From the NCBI GenBank assembly GCA_044222065.1, contig JBGAOA010000075.1:1-19155 (forward strand): a stretch of 19,155 bases of DNA. Reading direction: 5' to 3'. The translations under genes were made by a program, and so were the position numbers. This stretch comes from Candidatus Eiseniibacteriota bacterium. GTDB taxonomy: Bacteria; Eisenbacteria; RBG-16-71-46. Below the pieces are notes generated by a model. The model did no database searches. It had not been told where the DNA came from and worked only from the letters and a program-made list of their open reading frames with translations. This document shows, piece after piece, positions 1-8,652 of this stretch; the stretch's first letter is position 1; every line of letters starts with the position of its first letter.

Positions 1-1
1 G

Positions 2-391
2 GCGGTGACGGCGCTGCTCACGGTGGACGGATCGGTCTCCACCACGGGGTGCGGAGGGAGCGGTTGCGGCGGCTACTACGCCGCGAAGCTCGAACACGGC
101 GCGCTCGCCGATCAGGTCACGCACAACGTCGGATTGTTCTCGGGCAGCGTGTCGTTCCACGACGTGATTCAAGTGCCGCTCACGATCGTCGCCGGGACGC
201 CGGAGCGCATCCACGCTTCGGTGTGGGGGGCGCGCGGCGTCGGAGGCGCGCACGCGTCGGAGGCGACGGGCGTGCTAACGTTCGCGGGGCTTCCCGAAGG
301 CGCTTCGATCGTGTCGTGTCAGGGATACGACGCGGGCACGGTGCCGGTGCGCGCGGTGACGTGGGGAAAGCTCAAGACGCTCTATCGGTAG
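2..391 (+). CDS. 5'-truncated putative secreted protein with a GCGGSGC motif and a C-terminal TWGxLK-type tail
   Basis: The frame is open from the window edge (GCG GTG ACG...) to TAG at 389-391 with GC3-rich codons. It ends GTVPVRAVTWGKLKTLYR, a tail type I recognise from FCB-group candidate phyla. Confidence 0.8.
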   Translation, partial: AVTALLTVDGSVSTTGCGGSGCGGYYAAKLEHGALADQVTHNVGLFSGSVSFHDVIQVPLTIVAGTPERIHASVWGARGVGGAHASEATGVLTFAGLPEGASIVSCQGYDAGTVPVRAVTWGKLKTLYR

Positions 392-404
392 CGATGCGCT
401 CCAC

Positions 405-1367
405 CTAGCGAGCGATGAGCAACCTCCGCACGCTCGTGCCCGCCGGTGTCGCGACGCGCAAGAACACGAGGCCTGGCGGCACGCGTCGTCCCCCGGCGTC
501 GCGCAGATCCCACGTCAGCGTGTGATCGCCGGCGGCGAGTTCGCCGTCCGCGATCGTCGCGATCCGGCGGCCCTCGAGATCGAACGCGGCGACGCTTGCA
601 CGGCCGCTCGTCGTCATGGCGAACTTCAACGTCGTCGTCGTGCGTGCGGGGTTCGGCCACGGCGGCGCGAACGCGACCCCGTCGGCGGCCGACTCCGGCA
701 CCGACGCCGAGGCGATCAGCTCCTCGCCGAAGCCGAACACGATGCCGTCGTTCAGGTGCTGCTGGAGCGTGACGCGGATCGAATCCTGGGCGTTCAGGTC
801 GCCGACGTCGATCACGATGCAGCGACTGTCGTTTCCGGAGAGCGCCGAAGTCTCCAACTGGCCGCTCGCCGCGTTCCAGGAAATGGGGAACGAGTTGTCC
901 GCCCCGAAGGGAAAGGTCTCGCCGACGACGGTCCAGACGGACGTGCCGCCGGGGAGCGTCGTCGAGAGCTGGATCGGCGAGGACAGCCCGTTCACGGCAC
1001 CGATCAGGAACAGGCCGCGCTGATGCAAGGCGCCGAGCTGGAAGTTCCGAAAGGTCAGCCGTGTGGTGACGCTCGAAAAGCCGCCGCCGTTGAAGATGCC
1101 GAGCAACCGAAGCACGGAGTAGTCGAGTCCGGTCGATGCGCGGCCGAGCGTGTCGAACGTGCCGCCGTTCACACCGCGCGTGCCGCCGGTCTCGACGAGT
1201 ACGTCCACGGTGGAGCCGGGCGACAGGTTCAGCGTGTGGACGGTCCCGGCCGGGAAGGAGCCGCTGCCAAAGTCCGCCCAGTGAACGGGGCCGGCGACGG
1301 CGGACTCCGCCTTGAAGAGCAGCGAGAGGGGAACGGCGAGCAGGATCGGGAGCAACGAGCGGGGCAT
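405..1367 (-). CDS. Secreted protein of unknown function with C-terminal FlgD-Ig/T9SS type-A-like sorting domain (320 aa)
   Basis: ATG at 1367 is preceded by a GGAGAGG SD. Signal peptide MPRSLLPILLAVPLSLLFKAESAVA. C-terminus WPNPA..FDLEGRRI..TWDLRDAGGRRVPPGLVFLRV. Stop TAG at 405-407. Confidence 0.85.
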   Translation of the reverse strand: MPRSLLPILLAVPLSLLFKAESAVAGPVHWADFGSGSFPAGTVHTLNLSPGSTVDVLVETGGTRGVNGGTFDTLGRASTGLDYSVLRLLGIFNGGGFSSVTTRLTFRNFQLGALHQRGLFLIGAVNGLSSPIQLSTTLPGGTSVWTVVGETFPFGADNSFPISWNAASGQLETSALSGNDSRCIVIDVGDLNAQDSIRVTLQQHLNDGIVFGFGEELIASASVPESAADGVAFAPPWPNPARTTTTLKFAMTTSGRASVAAFDLEGRRIATIADGELAAGDHTLTWDLRDAGGRRVPPGLVFLRVATPAGTSVRRLLIAR

Positions 1368-1601
1368 GGCGGCCTCTCCGGTGGTGGTGGGTGCTGCAGG
1401 TGAGAACCGTTCGAGGGGCGATTCGTCACGCGGGGGCGGCTCCAATGTCGGCCTCGAGGGATCCGAAGCAGGCGGTCCTCCTCGGCGGCGGCGTCGAGTC
1501 CGGGCGTGATCTTTCCGCCGCTGATCCGGTCTCAGGCTCCATCACCACCCGCCCGGGGCTATCGCGCCGGGGACTCGCTCACCGTTCGCGCTGGAGCTCG
1601 C

Positions 1602-4600
1602 ATGGTTCGGATTCGCGTCACGCCGTTCGCCGCGGTCACGCTCGCCCTTCTGGCGCTCGCCGCGCCGGCCGCGTTCGCCGGCACCGCCACGTTCCCCGAA
1701 TTCGCCGATCCGCATCCGGCCCCGGGCAACAACTTCTGAAACTCCGTGATCACCCTCTCGAACGGGAACGTCGCGATTTCGTCGCCCGGGGACGACGCCG
1801 CCGAAGTGGACGCGGGGGCGGTCTACATCTTCAACGGTTCCACCGGCGCCCTGCTCGGAACGCACACCGGCGCGCGCGCGGGAGACCAGGTCGGAAGCGC
1901 CGGACTGGTCGCGCTGCCGAACGGGAACGTCCTGATCTGCAGCCCGTTCCTGGACTCGGCCACCGCGACCGACATCGGGGCCGTGACCTTCGTGAGCGGC
2001 ACCGGAGGCAACTCCGTGATCGGCAGCTTCCGATCGGTCATGGGCGGTACGGCCAGCGATCGCGTCGGGCAGTTGACGAGCTATGTCACGGTGCTCGCGA
2101 ACGGCAACTACGTCGTGCGCACCTCGAGTGCGACGATCGGCGGAGCGTCGGGCGCCGGGGCGGTCACCTTCCAATCGGGTACGTCGCCTTTGAGCATCTC
2201 CATTGGGCTCGGCAACAGCCTGTGCGGAACCGTCGCCGGTGACCAGGTCGGCAGTTCGGGCGTGTTCGCGCTCCCGAACGGCAACTACGTCGTCATGAGT
2301 CCCAACTGTGATGTCGGCGGCCTCAACTCGGCCGGCGCCGTGACCTTCTGCAGCGGCACGACGGGACGGACCGGTGCCGTGAACGCGGGCAACAGCCTCG
2401 TGGGTTCGACGGCCTCCGACCTCGTGGGGAACGGCGGCTTCGACGTGCTGGCGAACGGCAACTACGTCGTCGCGAGCACCTCGTGGGACAACGGGGCCAT
2501 CGTCGATGCCGGCGCGGTGACCTGGGGCGCGGGTACGACCGGAGTGACGGGTGTCCTCACCGCGACGAACAGCCTGCTCGGATCGGCGACCACCGATCGG
2601 GTCGGGTCCGGAGGCGTCACGGCCCTCACGAACGGCAACTACGTCGTGGCGAGTCCGCTCTGGAACAACGGCGCCATCGCGGACGCCGGTGCGGCGACGT
2701 GGGGCAACGGCACGGTCGGCGTCGTCGGCACGATCTCCGCAGTGAACAGCCTGATGGGCTCCTCGACCGCCGACAACGTCGGGAATGGGGGAGTCCTTTC
2801 GCTCACGAACGGCAACTACGTCGTGCGGTCCCCCAGCTGGGATTCCGGCGCGATCGCGAACGTCGGGGCCGTCACGTGGGGGAACGGCGCCTCGGGGGTG
2901 AAGGGGACGATCTCGAGCGCGAACAGCCTCGTCGGCTCGACCGCCGACGACCTGGTGGGCAATGGCCTCATCACGACGCTCACGAACGGCAACTACGTGG
3001 TCACAAGTCCGAGTTGGGACAACGGCGCCGTCCTCAGCGCCGGCGCCGCGACGTGGGGCAGCGGCACGAGCGGCGTCAAGGGTGTGCTCTCATCGGCGAA
3101 CAGCCTCGTGGGCACGTCGGCGAACGATCTCGGAAGCGCGGTCGTGACGGCGCTCACGAACGGCAACTACGTCGTGGCCGCGCCGCAATGGTCGAACGGG
3201 GCGAACGACGCCGCGGGAGCGGTCGTGTTTGGAAACGGCGCCGTCGGAGTGAAGGGCGCCGTCTCCGCCGCGAACGCGCTCGTCGGTTCGCAGGCCTTCG
3301 ATCAGGTCGGGGTCGGCGGAGTCCTGACGCTCGCCAACGGCAATTACGTCGTGTCCAGCTATCAGTGGTCGAACGGCGCCGTCACGAGGGTCGGCGCGGC
3401 CACGTGGTGCAGCGGCACGACGGGCCGGGTCGGAGTCGTGTCGGGCGTGAACAGTCTCGTCGGCTCCTCCGCGAACGACCTGGTCGGGATCGCTCTGACC
3501 GCCCTGCCCAATGGAGACTACCTCGTTCGCAGTTCGGCGTGGGACGACGGCGCCCTGCTCAACGTCGGCGCCATCACGCAGTGCGACGGCCTCTCGGGAT
3601 TCGTCGGCGCCGTGAGTCCCGCGAACAGCCTCGTTGGCTCGACGGCAGGCGACGCCCTGGGCGCAGGCAGCCCGGTCCTCCTTCCGGACGGAAGCGCTGC
3701 GATCGATTGCCAGACGTTCGACAACGGGGCGCTCGCGAATGCGGGCGCGGCCATCTGGACCGACGGCACGACGCCGCTCACGGGTCGCCTCGACGGCCAC
3801 CGCGTCGTCTACGGTCTGACTTCGAACACTTCCATGAACAGCACGCTCGTCGTCGACACGCTGCATTCCACGTTCTGCGCACGGTTCCTCACCGAGGGGG
3901 GCGGCGTCGTGCGCGCGGGTCCGCCCGTCTCGTTCGCCGTCACGAGCCTCGCCGACGTGCCGGGCGATCAGGGCGGCTGGCTCTACGTGCAGTTCGATCG
4001 CGACCTGAACGACCACGTGCTCTCTCGCACGCCCGTCTCGTCCTACGCCGTGTGGCGGCAGGTTCCGCCCGCGGCCGCGGGGGCGTCCGCTCCGGCGCGC
4101 GCCTCGGCGCTGTCGGAGCGCGCGCTGCGTGAGTTCGCCGCGACGCTGCCGCCGTCGATCGACGTGAGCCTCGAAAACGGCGAACTCGTCGCACGCAATG
4201 CCGCGCGGCCGGGCGCCGAGCCGATGGGCCACCTGCCGGCGGGAACGTGGGCGCTCGTGATGACGATCCCGGCGATGCAGCAGGCCAACTACACGGCGGC
4301 GATCCCCACCATTTCGAATCTCGCGGCGAACACGTTCGTCGTGACCGCGCACCCCACGCTGACGGCGGGGTGGTCGATCACCGATCCGCTCAGCGCCCAG
4401 TCGGTGGACAACCTCGCGCCTTCCGCGCCGGCTTCGTTCGCCGGCGCCTACGCGTCGGGGACGACGCACCTCGCGTGGACGCCGAACGGCGAAGGCGACC
4501 TGAACCACTACCGCCTCTATCGCGGCGGCGGCGCCGGCTTCACGCCGTCGCCCGCGAACCTCATCGCCTCGCCCTCGACGGGCGCTTCGAGCTTCGACGA

Positions 4601-4988
4601 TCCGACGCCGGGTGGCTACGTCTACAAGCTCTCGGCCGTGGACGTGAACGGGAACGAGTCGCCGGTCGCGACCGCGATCCCGAGCGGCACGGTGGGCGTC
4701 GAGGCCGGCGAGGGCGCCGTCGCGTTCGCGCTCGAAGGCGCGCGCCCGAATCCCGCGCGCGCCGGGGCGCTCGCGATCGCGTTCGCGCTGCCCGACGACG
4801 CGCACGCGACGCTCGAGCTGCTCGACGTCGGCGGGCGCCGCATCGCCTCGCGCGAGGTCGGCTCGCTCGGACGCGGACGCCACGTCGTGAACCTCGCGCA
4901 GTCGCACCGCGTCGCGCCGGGCCTCTACTGGCTGCGGCTTTCGCACGGCGCGACGCAGCGCACGCTACGCGTCGCGGTGGTCGAGTAG
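1602..4988 (+). CDS. Large secreted DUF5650-like repeat protein with DVPxDQGG module, Fn3-like domain and T9SS-like CTD. Interrupted by an in-frame TGA at 1737-1739 (possible pseudogene, sequence error or readthrough).
   Basis: A GGAG SD and ATG at 1602 give signal peptide MVRIRVTPFAAVTLALLALAAPAAFA. This is the same frame as ORF 1746..4988, with one TGA at codon 46. About 12 L.NGNYVV repeats follow. C-terminus RPNPA..LLDVGGRR..PGLYWLRL. Confidence 0.85.
1750..3830 (+). repeat. Tandem array of about 12 58-59 aa repeats (L.NGNYVV.SP.WDNG....AGA.TW..G..G..G.....NSLVGS...D.VG), DUF5650-like
   Basis: NGN/NGD codons start at 2100, 2277, 2454, 2631, 2808, 2985, 3159, 3336 and 3510 (spacing 177 or 174 nt), with degenerate copies at both ends. 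Confidence 0.9.
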
Positions 4989-4994
4989 GGCGGG

Positions 4995-5029
4995 GGCGAT
5001 CGCGCGTCCGCGATCAGCGCGCGATCGCC
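4995..5029. terminator. 12-bp perfect inverted repeat between convergent genes; putative bidirectional terminator or RNA end-protecting hairpin
   Basis: GGCGATCGCGCG (4995-5006), 11-nt loop, CGCGCGATCGCC (5018-5029). No U-tract. Confidence 0.5.
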
Positions 5030-6810
5030 ATCCGGACACTCGCCGACTCGCCATCGCTCGTGAGCCGCACGACGTAGACGCCGGGATCGAGTCGCGCGGC
5101 TTCGGGCAGCGCGATCTCGTGGCGCCCCGCGCCCAACGCCTCGAACGCGCGTTCGATGACGCGGCGACCGGCGACATCCATCACTTCGATCCGCGCGTCG
5201 CCCGAGCGCGGCAGCGCGATCGTCGCGCGCACCGGACCCGCGGCCGGGTTCGGCGCGATGCGCACGAGCGCGAGGCGCGACGGCGCGATCGGCGATTCGT
5301 CCCCAACCGCCACGAGTCCGCCGTGCAGCAGGCGCTGCGCGAACACCTGATACGCCGCGCTTCCTTCGGGGGCCGCCTGCCACGTGACGATCGCATCGTC
5401 GCCCGAGCGCACGATCGAGGGCAGGAGTCCGTCGGCGCTCAGCAGCGCGCCCGCCGCGGGCAATCCGATTCCGGGCGTTCCGTCGGCATTGAGGTGCTTC
5501 GCGAAGAGTCCCTCGTAGTCCGTGTAGGCGACGAACACGCCGCCGAGGCCGTCGTCCACGAGCGCGGCCTGCTTCGCGGTGGACCATCCGGCCGTGATCG
5601 GGATTCCGCCCGCCGGCCAACCGGGCCAGGTTTGTCCGTCGGCGCCGACGTGATGGAGGCGGAAGGCCCAGATGTCGGAGACCTCGGGCGGACCGACGAG
5701 GGTTGCGCGTGCCGCGAACACGCCGCCCGCGCCATCGGGCGCGAGCGCGACGATGCGGTGCGGAGCCGTGCCGCTCCCGAGCCGCAGGCCGCCATCGGGC
5801 CAGCCCGGAGAGCGTGAGCCGTCGGGCTCGATGCGCGTCAGGTACACGAGTCCGGCTCCGTTCACGCGGTACTCGCGGCCGTCGTTCCACGCGACGTACA
5901 CCGACCCGCCCGGTCCGCGCGCGAGCCGGGACTCGAACTCGTAGGCGGTCGCGATCGCGGGGCGCATTCCGCCCGCCGGCCACCCGGCCGGGATCGAGCC
6001 GTCGCCGAGCACGCGTTCCACGCGCAGGTCGTACTCGCTCGCGACGACGCCGAGGTGCGTCACCCAGCAGCCGCCCGCGTCGTCTCCGAGCACTTGCAGC
6101 GCGTCGAGCCCGCCGCCCGCGGCGACGTCGCTCGCGAGCGCGAGCGCCACGCCCGGCGCGCCCGGAGACGGCGTCCACAGCGGAGCGCCCGCCGCGTCCT
6201 CGCGGCGCACGAACAGGTACGCCGGAGGCGGCGTCTCGAGCGGCGGCGCCGTCGTGATCTGGATGCCGGCGATCACGACGCCGCCCGCGCCGTCGGCGAC
6301 GGCCTTGTGATCACGCACGAGCAACGCTTCGAAGGGGTCCGCGGGCACGGCCGAGAACGATCCATCGGCGTGGAGATGGAAGCGTCGCATGCGCTCGAGA
6401 TAGCCGCCGGCGGTGAGTCCCGACAGGCGCGTGAGCAGGTGAGCGCCGCCGAGTCCGTCCGGAACGATCGAGCGGCCCTCGTAGTAGCTCGCGATCGGGT
6501 CCTCGGGATGCCACGTCGCGAGGTTCACGGCGCCGATCGGCCAGCCCGAGGCGAGTTCGCCGTTGGCGGTGAGGCGCGTCGCGAGCAGCCGCGAGTTCGC
6601 GTACCCGATACCCGGGTGCCAGACCTCACTCACGAACGCGGTGACGAAACCACCCGCGCCGTCCGTGCAAGCGTCCGCGGGAGAGCGGAGGAACGCTTCG
6701 TCGAGCGCGGGAGCCGGGGAGACGACGTTGCCGCCGGGCAGCCACACGGCGGAAGCGGGGGAGGCGACGAGCGCGAGAAGGAGCGCGACGCCCACGGGCA
6801 CGAATCGCAT
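5014..6810 (-). CDS. Secreted DGxGG/GWP-repeat protein (probable beta-propeller) with T9SS-like CTD (598 aa)
   Basis: GGAGG SD and ATG at 6810. Signal peptide MRFVPVGVALLLALVASPASA. Repeated DGAGG/DGLGG and GWPxGG motifs. C-terminus APNPA..MDVAGRR..PGVYVVRL. Confidence 0.85.
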   Translation of the reverse strand: MRFVPVGVALLLALVASPASAVWLPGGNVVSPAPALDEAFLRSPADACTDGAGGFVTAFVSEVWHPGIGYANSRLLATRLTANGELASGWPIGAVNLATWHPEDPIASYYEGRSIVPDGLGGAHLLTRLSGLTAGGYLERMRRFHLHADGSFSAVPADPFEALLVRDHKAVADGAGGVVIAGIQITTAPPLETPPPAYLFVRREDAAGAPLWTPSPGAPGVALALASDVAAGGGLDALQVLGDDAGGCWVTHLGVVASEYDLRVERVLGDGSIPAGWPAGGMRPAIATAYEFESRLARGPGGSVYVAWNDGREYRVNGAGLVYLTRIEPDGSRSPGWPDGGLRLGSGTAPHRIVALAPDGAGGVFAARATLVGPPEVSDIWAFRLHHVGADGQTWPGWPAGGIPITAGWSTAKQAALVDDGLGGVFVAYTDYEGLFAKHLNADGTPGIGLPAAGALLSADGLLPSIVRSGDDAIVTWQAAPEGSAAYQVFAQRLLHGGLVAVGDESPIAPSRLALVRIAPNPAAGPVRATIALPRSGDARIEVMDVAGRRVIERAFEALGAGRHEIALPEAARLDPGVYVVRLTSDGESASVRMAIAR

Positions 6811-6881
6811 GACGGACCTCCGAGGGTGACCCGGTACGGCGGAAAGGATACGCCCGTCCCACCGGCGTCGGGGAGCGACCG

Positions 6882-6908
6882 CCGGGACGCGCCGATCGCG
6901 CATCCCAG
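6882..6908 (-). terminator. GC-rich hairpin downstream of the MFS gene
   Basis: Minus strand GGGATGCGC-GATCG-GCGCGTCCC, about 20 nt after the TAA stop. No U-tract. Confidence 0.35.
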
Positions 6909-6927
6909 CCCGCCACCCCTGTCCTTG

Positions 6928-8388
6928 TTAGACGTCCGGCGCCTCGTACTTCCGCGCCCAGCGCGCGTACAGGAAGATCCCGATCGCCGAGACGAAGCCG
7001 ACGATCACGAACGGGTACCAGACCTGGTAGGGGTGGTAGGTGCGCCACAGCATCGCGGTCGCGGCACCCGCGTCGAGCCCGGCCGCGCGCTGCACCGCCT
7101 CGAGCGCGGTCGTGCGCTCGACGCCCGCCGGCACGCCGCCGTGCTCTTCGAGCCAGCGCAGCGCGAGCCCCGCCTTCTCGCCGACCTTTCCGTAGAGGTC
7201 GCCCGCGAGGAACGAGCCGTACGCCCAGCCGATCGCGGTCGGCATGTTCGCGTAGCCCATGTACAGGCCCTTCTTGCCGTCGGGCGCGATCACGCCGAGG
7301 TAGTCGTTCATCTTGGGGCTCGACAGCATCTCGCCGACCGAGAAGCACAGGATGCCCGCGATGCACGCGAGGCCGGACATCGTGAAGCCGGCGAGCAGCA
7401 GCCCGGCCGAGGCGATCGCGATGCCGATGAAGATCGAGTGCACGCGCCGCATGTGCGAGACGAGGTACGAGATCCACACCACGAGCAGCACGATCAGGAA
7501 GGAGTTGAGGTTGATCATCCACTCCTGCGCCACCATCGTGCCGCGCGGCGTCACGGTCGTGAACATCGCCGGCAGGTGCAGCGCGGCGACGATTCGCGAG
7601 GAGTCCACCCAGTCCACGATGAAGTTCGGCAGCAGGTCGAACAGCTGCATGAACATCAGCCAGAAGCCGGACATGATGAGGATGAAGACGATGAGCCGCG
7701 GCGCGAACAGGTTCGACAGCGTGATCCAAGCGGTCTTGAGCACGCCGCCCGACTGGTCGCCGCCGGCGTCCACGGCGGGATACGTGAACAGCATCGGCAG
7801 GTTGAGCGAGACGATCACGGCGCAGCCGAAGAACACGGTCGGCCACGAGACGCCGTAGAGGAAGTGCGCGAGCGGCGGCCCGAGGAATCCGCCGACGTTC
7901 ACGAGCATGTAGAACACGCCCCACCCGATGGACGAGGTCTCGTTCGTGAGCGTGCGCTGGAGCGAGCCCCACACGCCGGGCTTGAAGATCGCCGTGCCGA
8001 AGGCGAGCACGAGGCAGCCGAACGTGAACGGCCAGAAGTCGCGCTGCGTCGCCATGAGCAGGTAGCCGATCACCTTGATCACGATCGAGGCGGCGATCGT
8101 TTTCTTGTAGCCGTAGCGGTCCGCGAAGCCGCCCGAGAAGATCGGCACGCCGGTCTGGACGAGCGCCCAGAGCCCGAAGATCTGTCCCTTCTGCGCCTGC
8201 GTGAAGTGCAGGCCGTGGATCTCGTCGGCCTGCGCGATGTAGATCGGGATGACGACGCGCACGCCGTAGTAGGCGAGGCGCTCGAGCATCTCCATCAGGT
8301 TCAGCATCCAGAACGCGCGCGAGAGCTGGCGGAGCTGCGCGAACAATCCGGGCGCCGGTTCGCCGAGGGGCGTGGACGTGACGTTCAT
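6928..8388 (-). CDS. MFS transporter, POT/PTR (proton-dependent oligopeptide transporter)-like (486 aa)
   Basis: AGGAG SD and ATG at 8388. EMLERLAYYG matches the POT ExxERxxYY signature. GGFADRYGYKK is MFS motif A. Also FYMLVNVGGFLGP and GEMLSSP, with about 12 hydrophobic segments. Confidence 0.9.
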   Translation of the reverse strand: MNVTSTPLGEPAPGLFAQLRQLSRAFWMLNLMEMLERLAYYGVRVVIPIYIAQADEIHGLHFTQAQKGQIFGLWALVQTGVPIFSGGFADRYGYKKTIAASIVIKVIGYLLMATQRDFWPFTFGCLVLAFGTAIFKPGVWGSLQRTLTNETSSIGWGVFYMLVNVGGFLGPPLAHFLYGVSWPTVFFGCAVIVSLNLPMLFTYPAVDAGGDQSGGVLKTAWITLSNLFAPRLIVFILIMSGFWLMFMQLFDLLPNFIVDWVDSSRIVAALHLPAMFTTVTPRGTMVAQEWMINLNSFLIVLLVVWISYLVSHMRRVHSIFIGIAIASAGLLLAGFTMSGLACIAGILCFSVGEMLSSPKMNDYLGVIAPDGKKGLYMGYANMPTAIGWAYGSFLAGDLYGKVGEKAGLALRWLEEHGGVPAGVERTTALEAVQRAAGLDAGAATAMLWRTYHPYQVWYPFVIVGFVSAIGIFLYARWARKYEAPDV

Positions 8389-8652
8389 GCGGCTTTCTCC
8401 TGTGAAGCGACGGGCGGGAGAGGTGCGTCGCGACAGTAGCGGGCGCTCGCGCCGGCGGGAAGCGGGAGCCGCACCGGCGCGGCCGGAGGGCGCTCGGCCG
8501 CGGCACGAGACGTTCCTTCGTCGGCGTGTTCTCCCTTGCGTCCGAGCCGGCTTCGGCGAACGGCCGCGTTCGGCAGCGCCTATCGTCCTGCGATAGGATT
8601 CCCGCACCCTCGTCACGCGAGCCGGGCCGTGCGTCCCTCCGGCGGCTCGGGG

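Noticed and set aside
1440..1480. GCCGACAT on the minus strand as a sigma-28-like -10 element
   Set aside because: There is no matching -35 element, and the motif is likely to occur by chance at this GC content.
1737..1739. Genome-wide TGA=Gly or TGA=Trp recoding
   Set aside because: TGA ends other genes exactly where their domains finish (5014, 11067, 11096, 14734, 15118, 15534, 18390), and TGG and GGN codons are used normally.
1737..1790. Selenocysteine insertion at the in-frame TGA
   Set aside because: The position aligns with Gly rather than Cys, there is no redox motif, and only weak pairing follows with no convincing SECIS.
2100..3520. Recurring AACGGCAACTACGTCGT as a CRISPR-like or DGR-type repeat
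   Set aside because: The copies are in-frame coding repeats with homologous intervening sequence and synonymous variation. No cas or reverse transcriptase gene is present.
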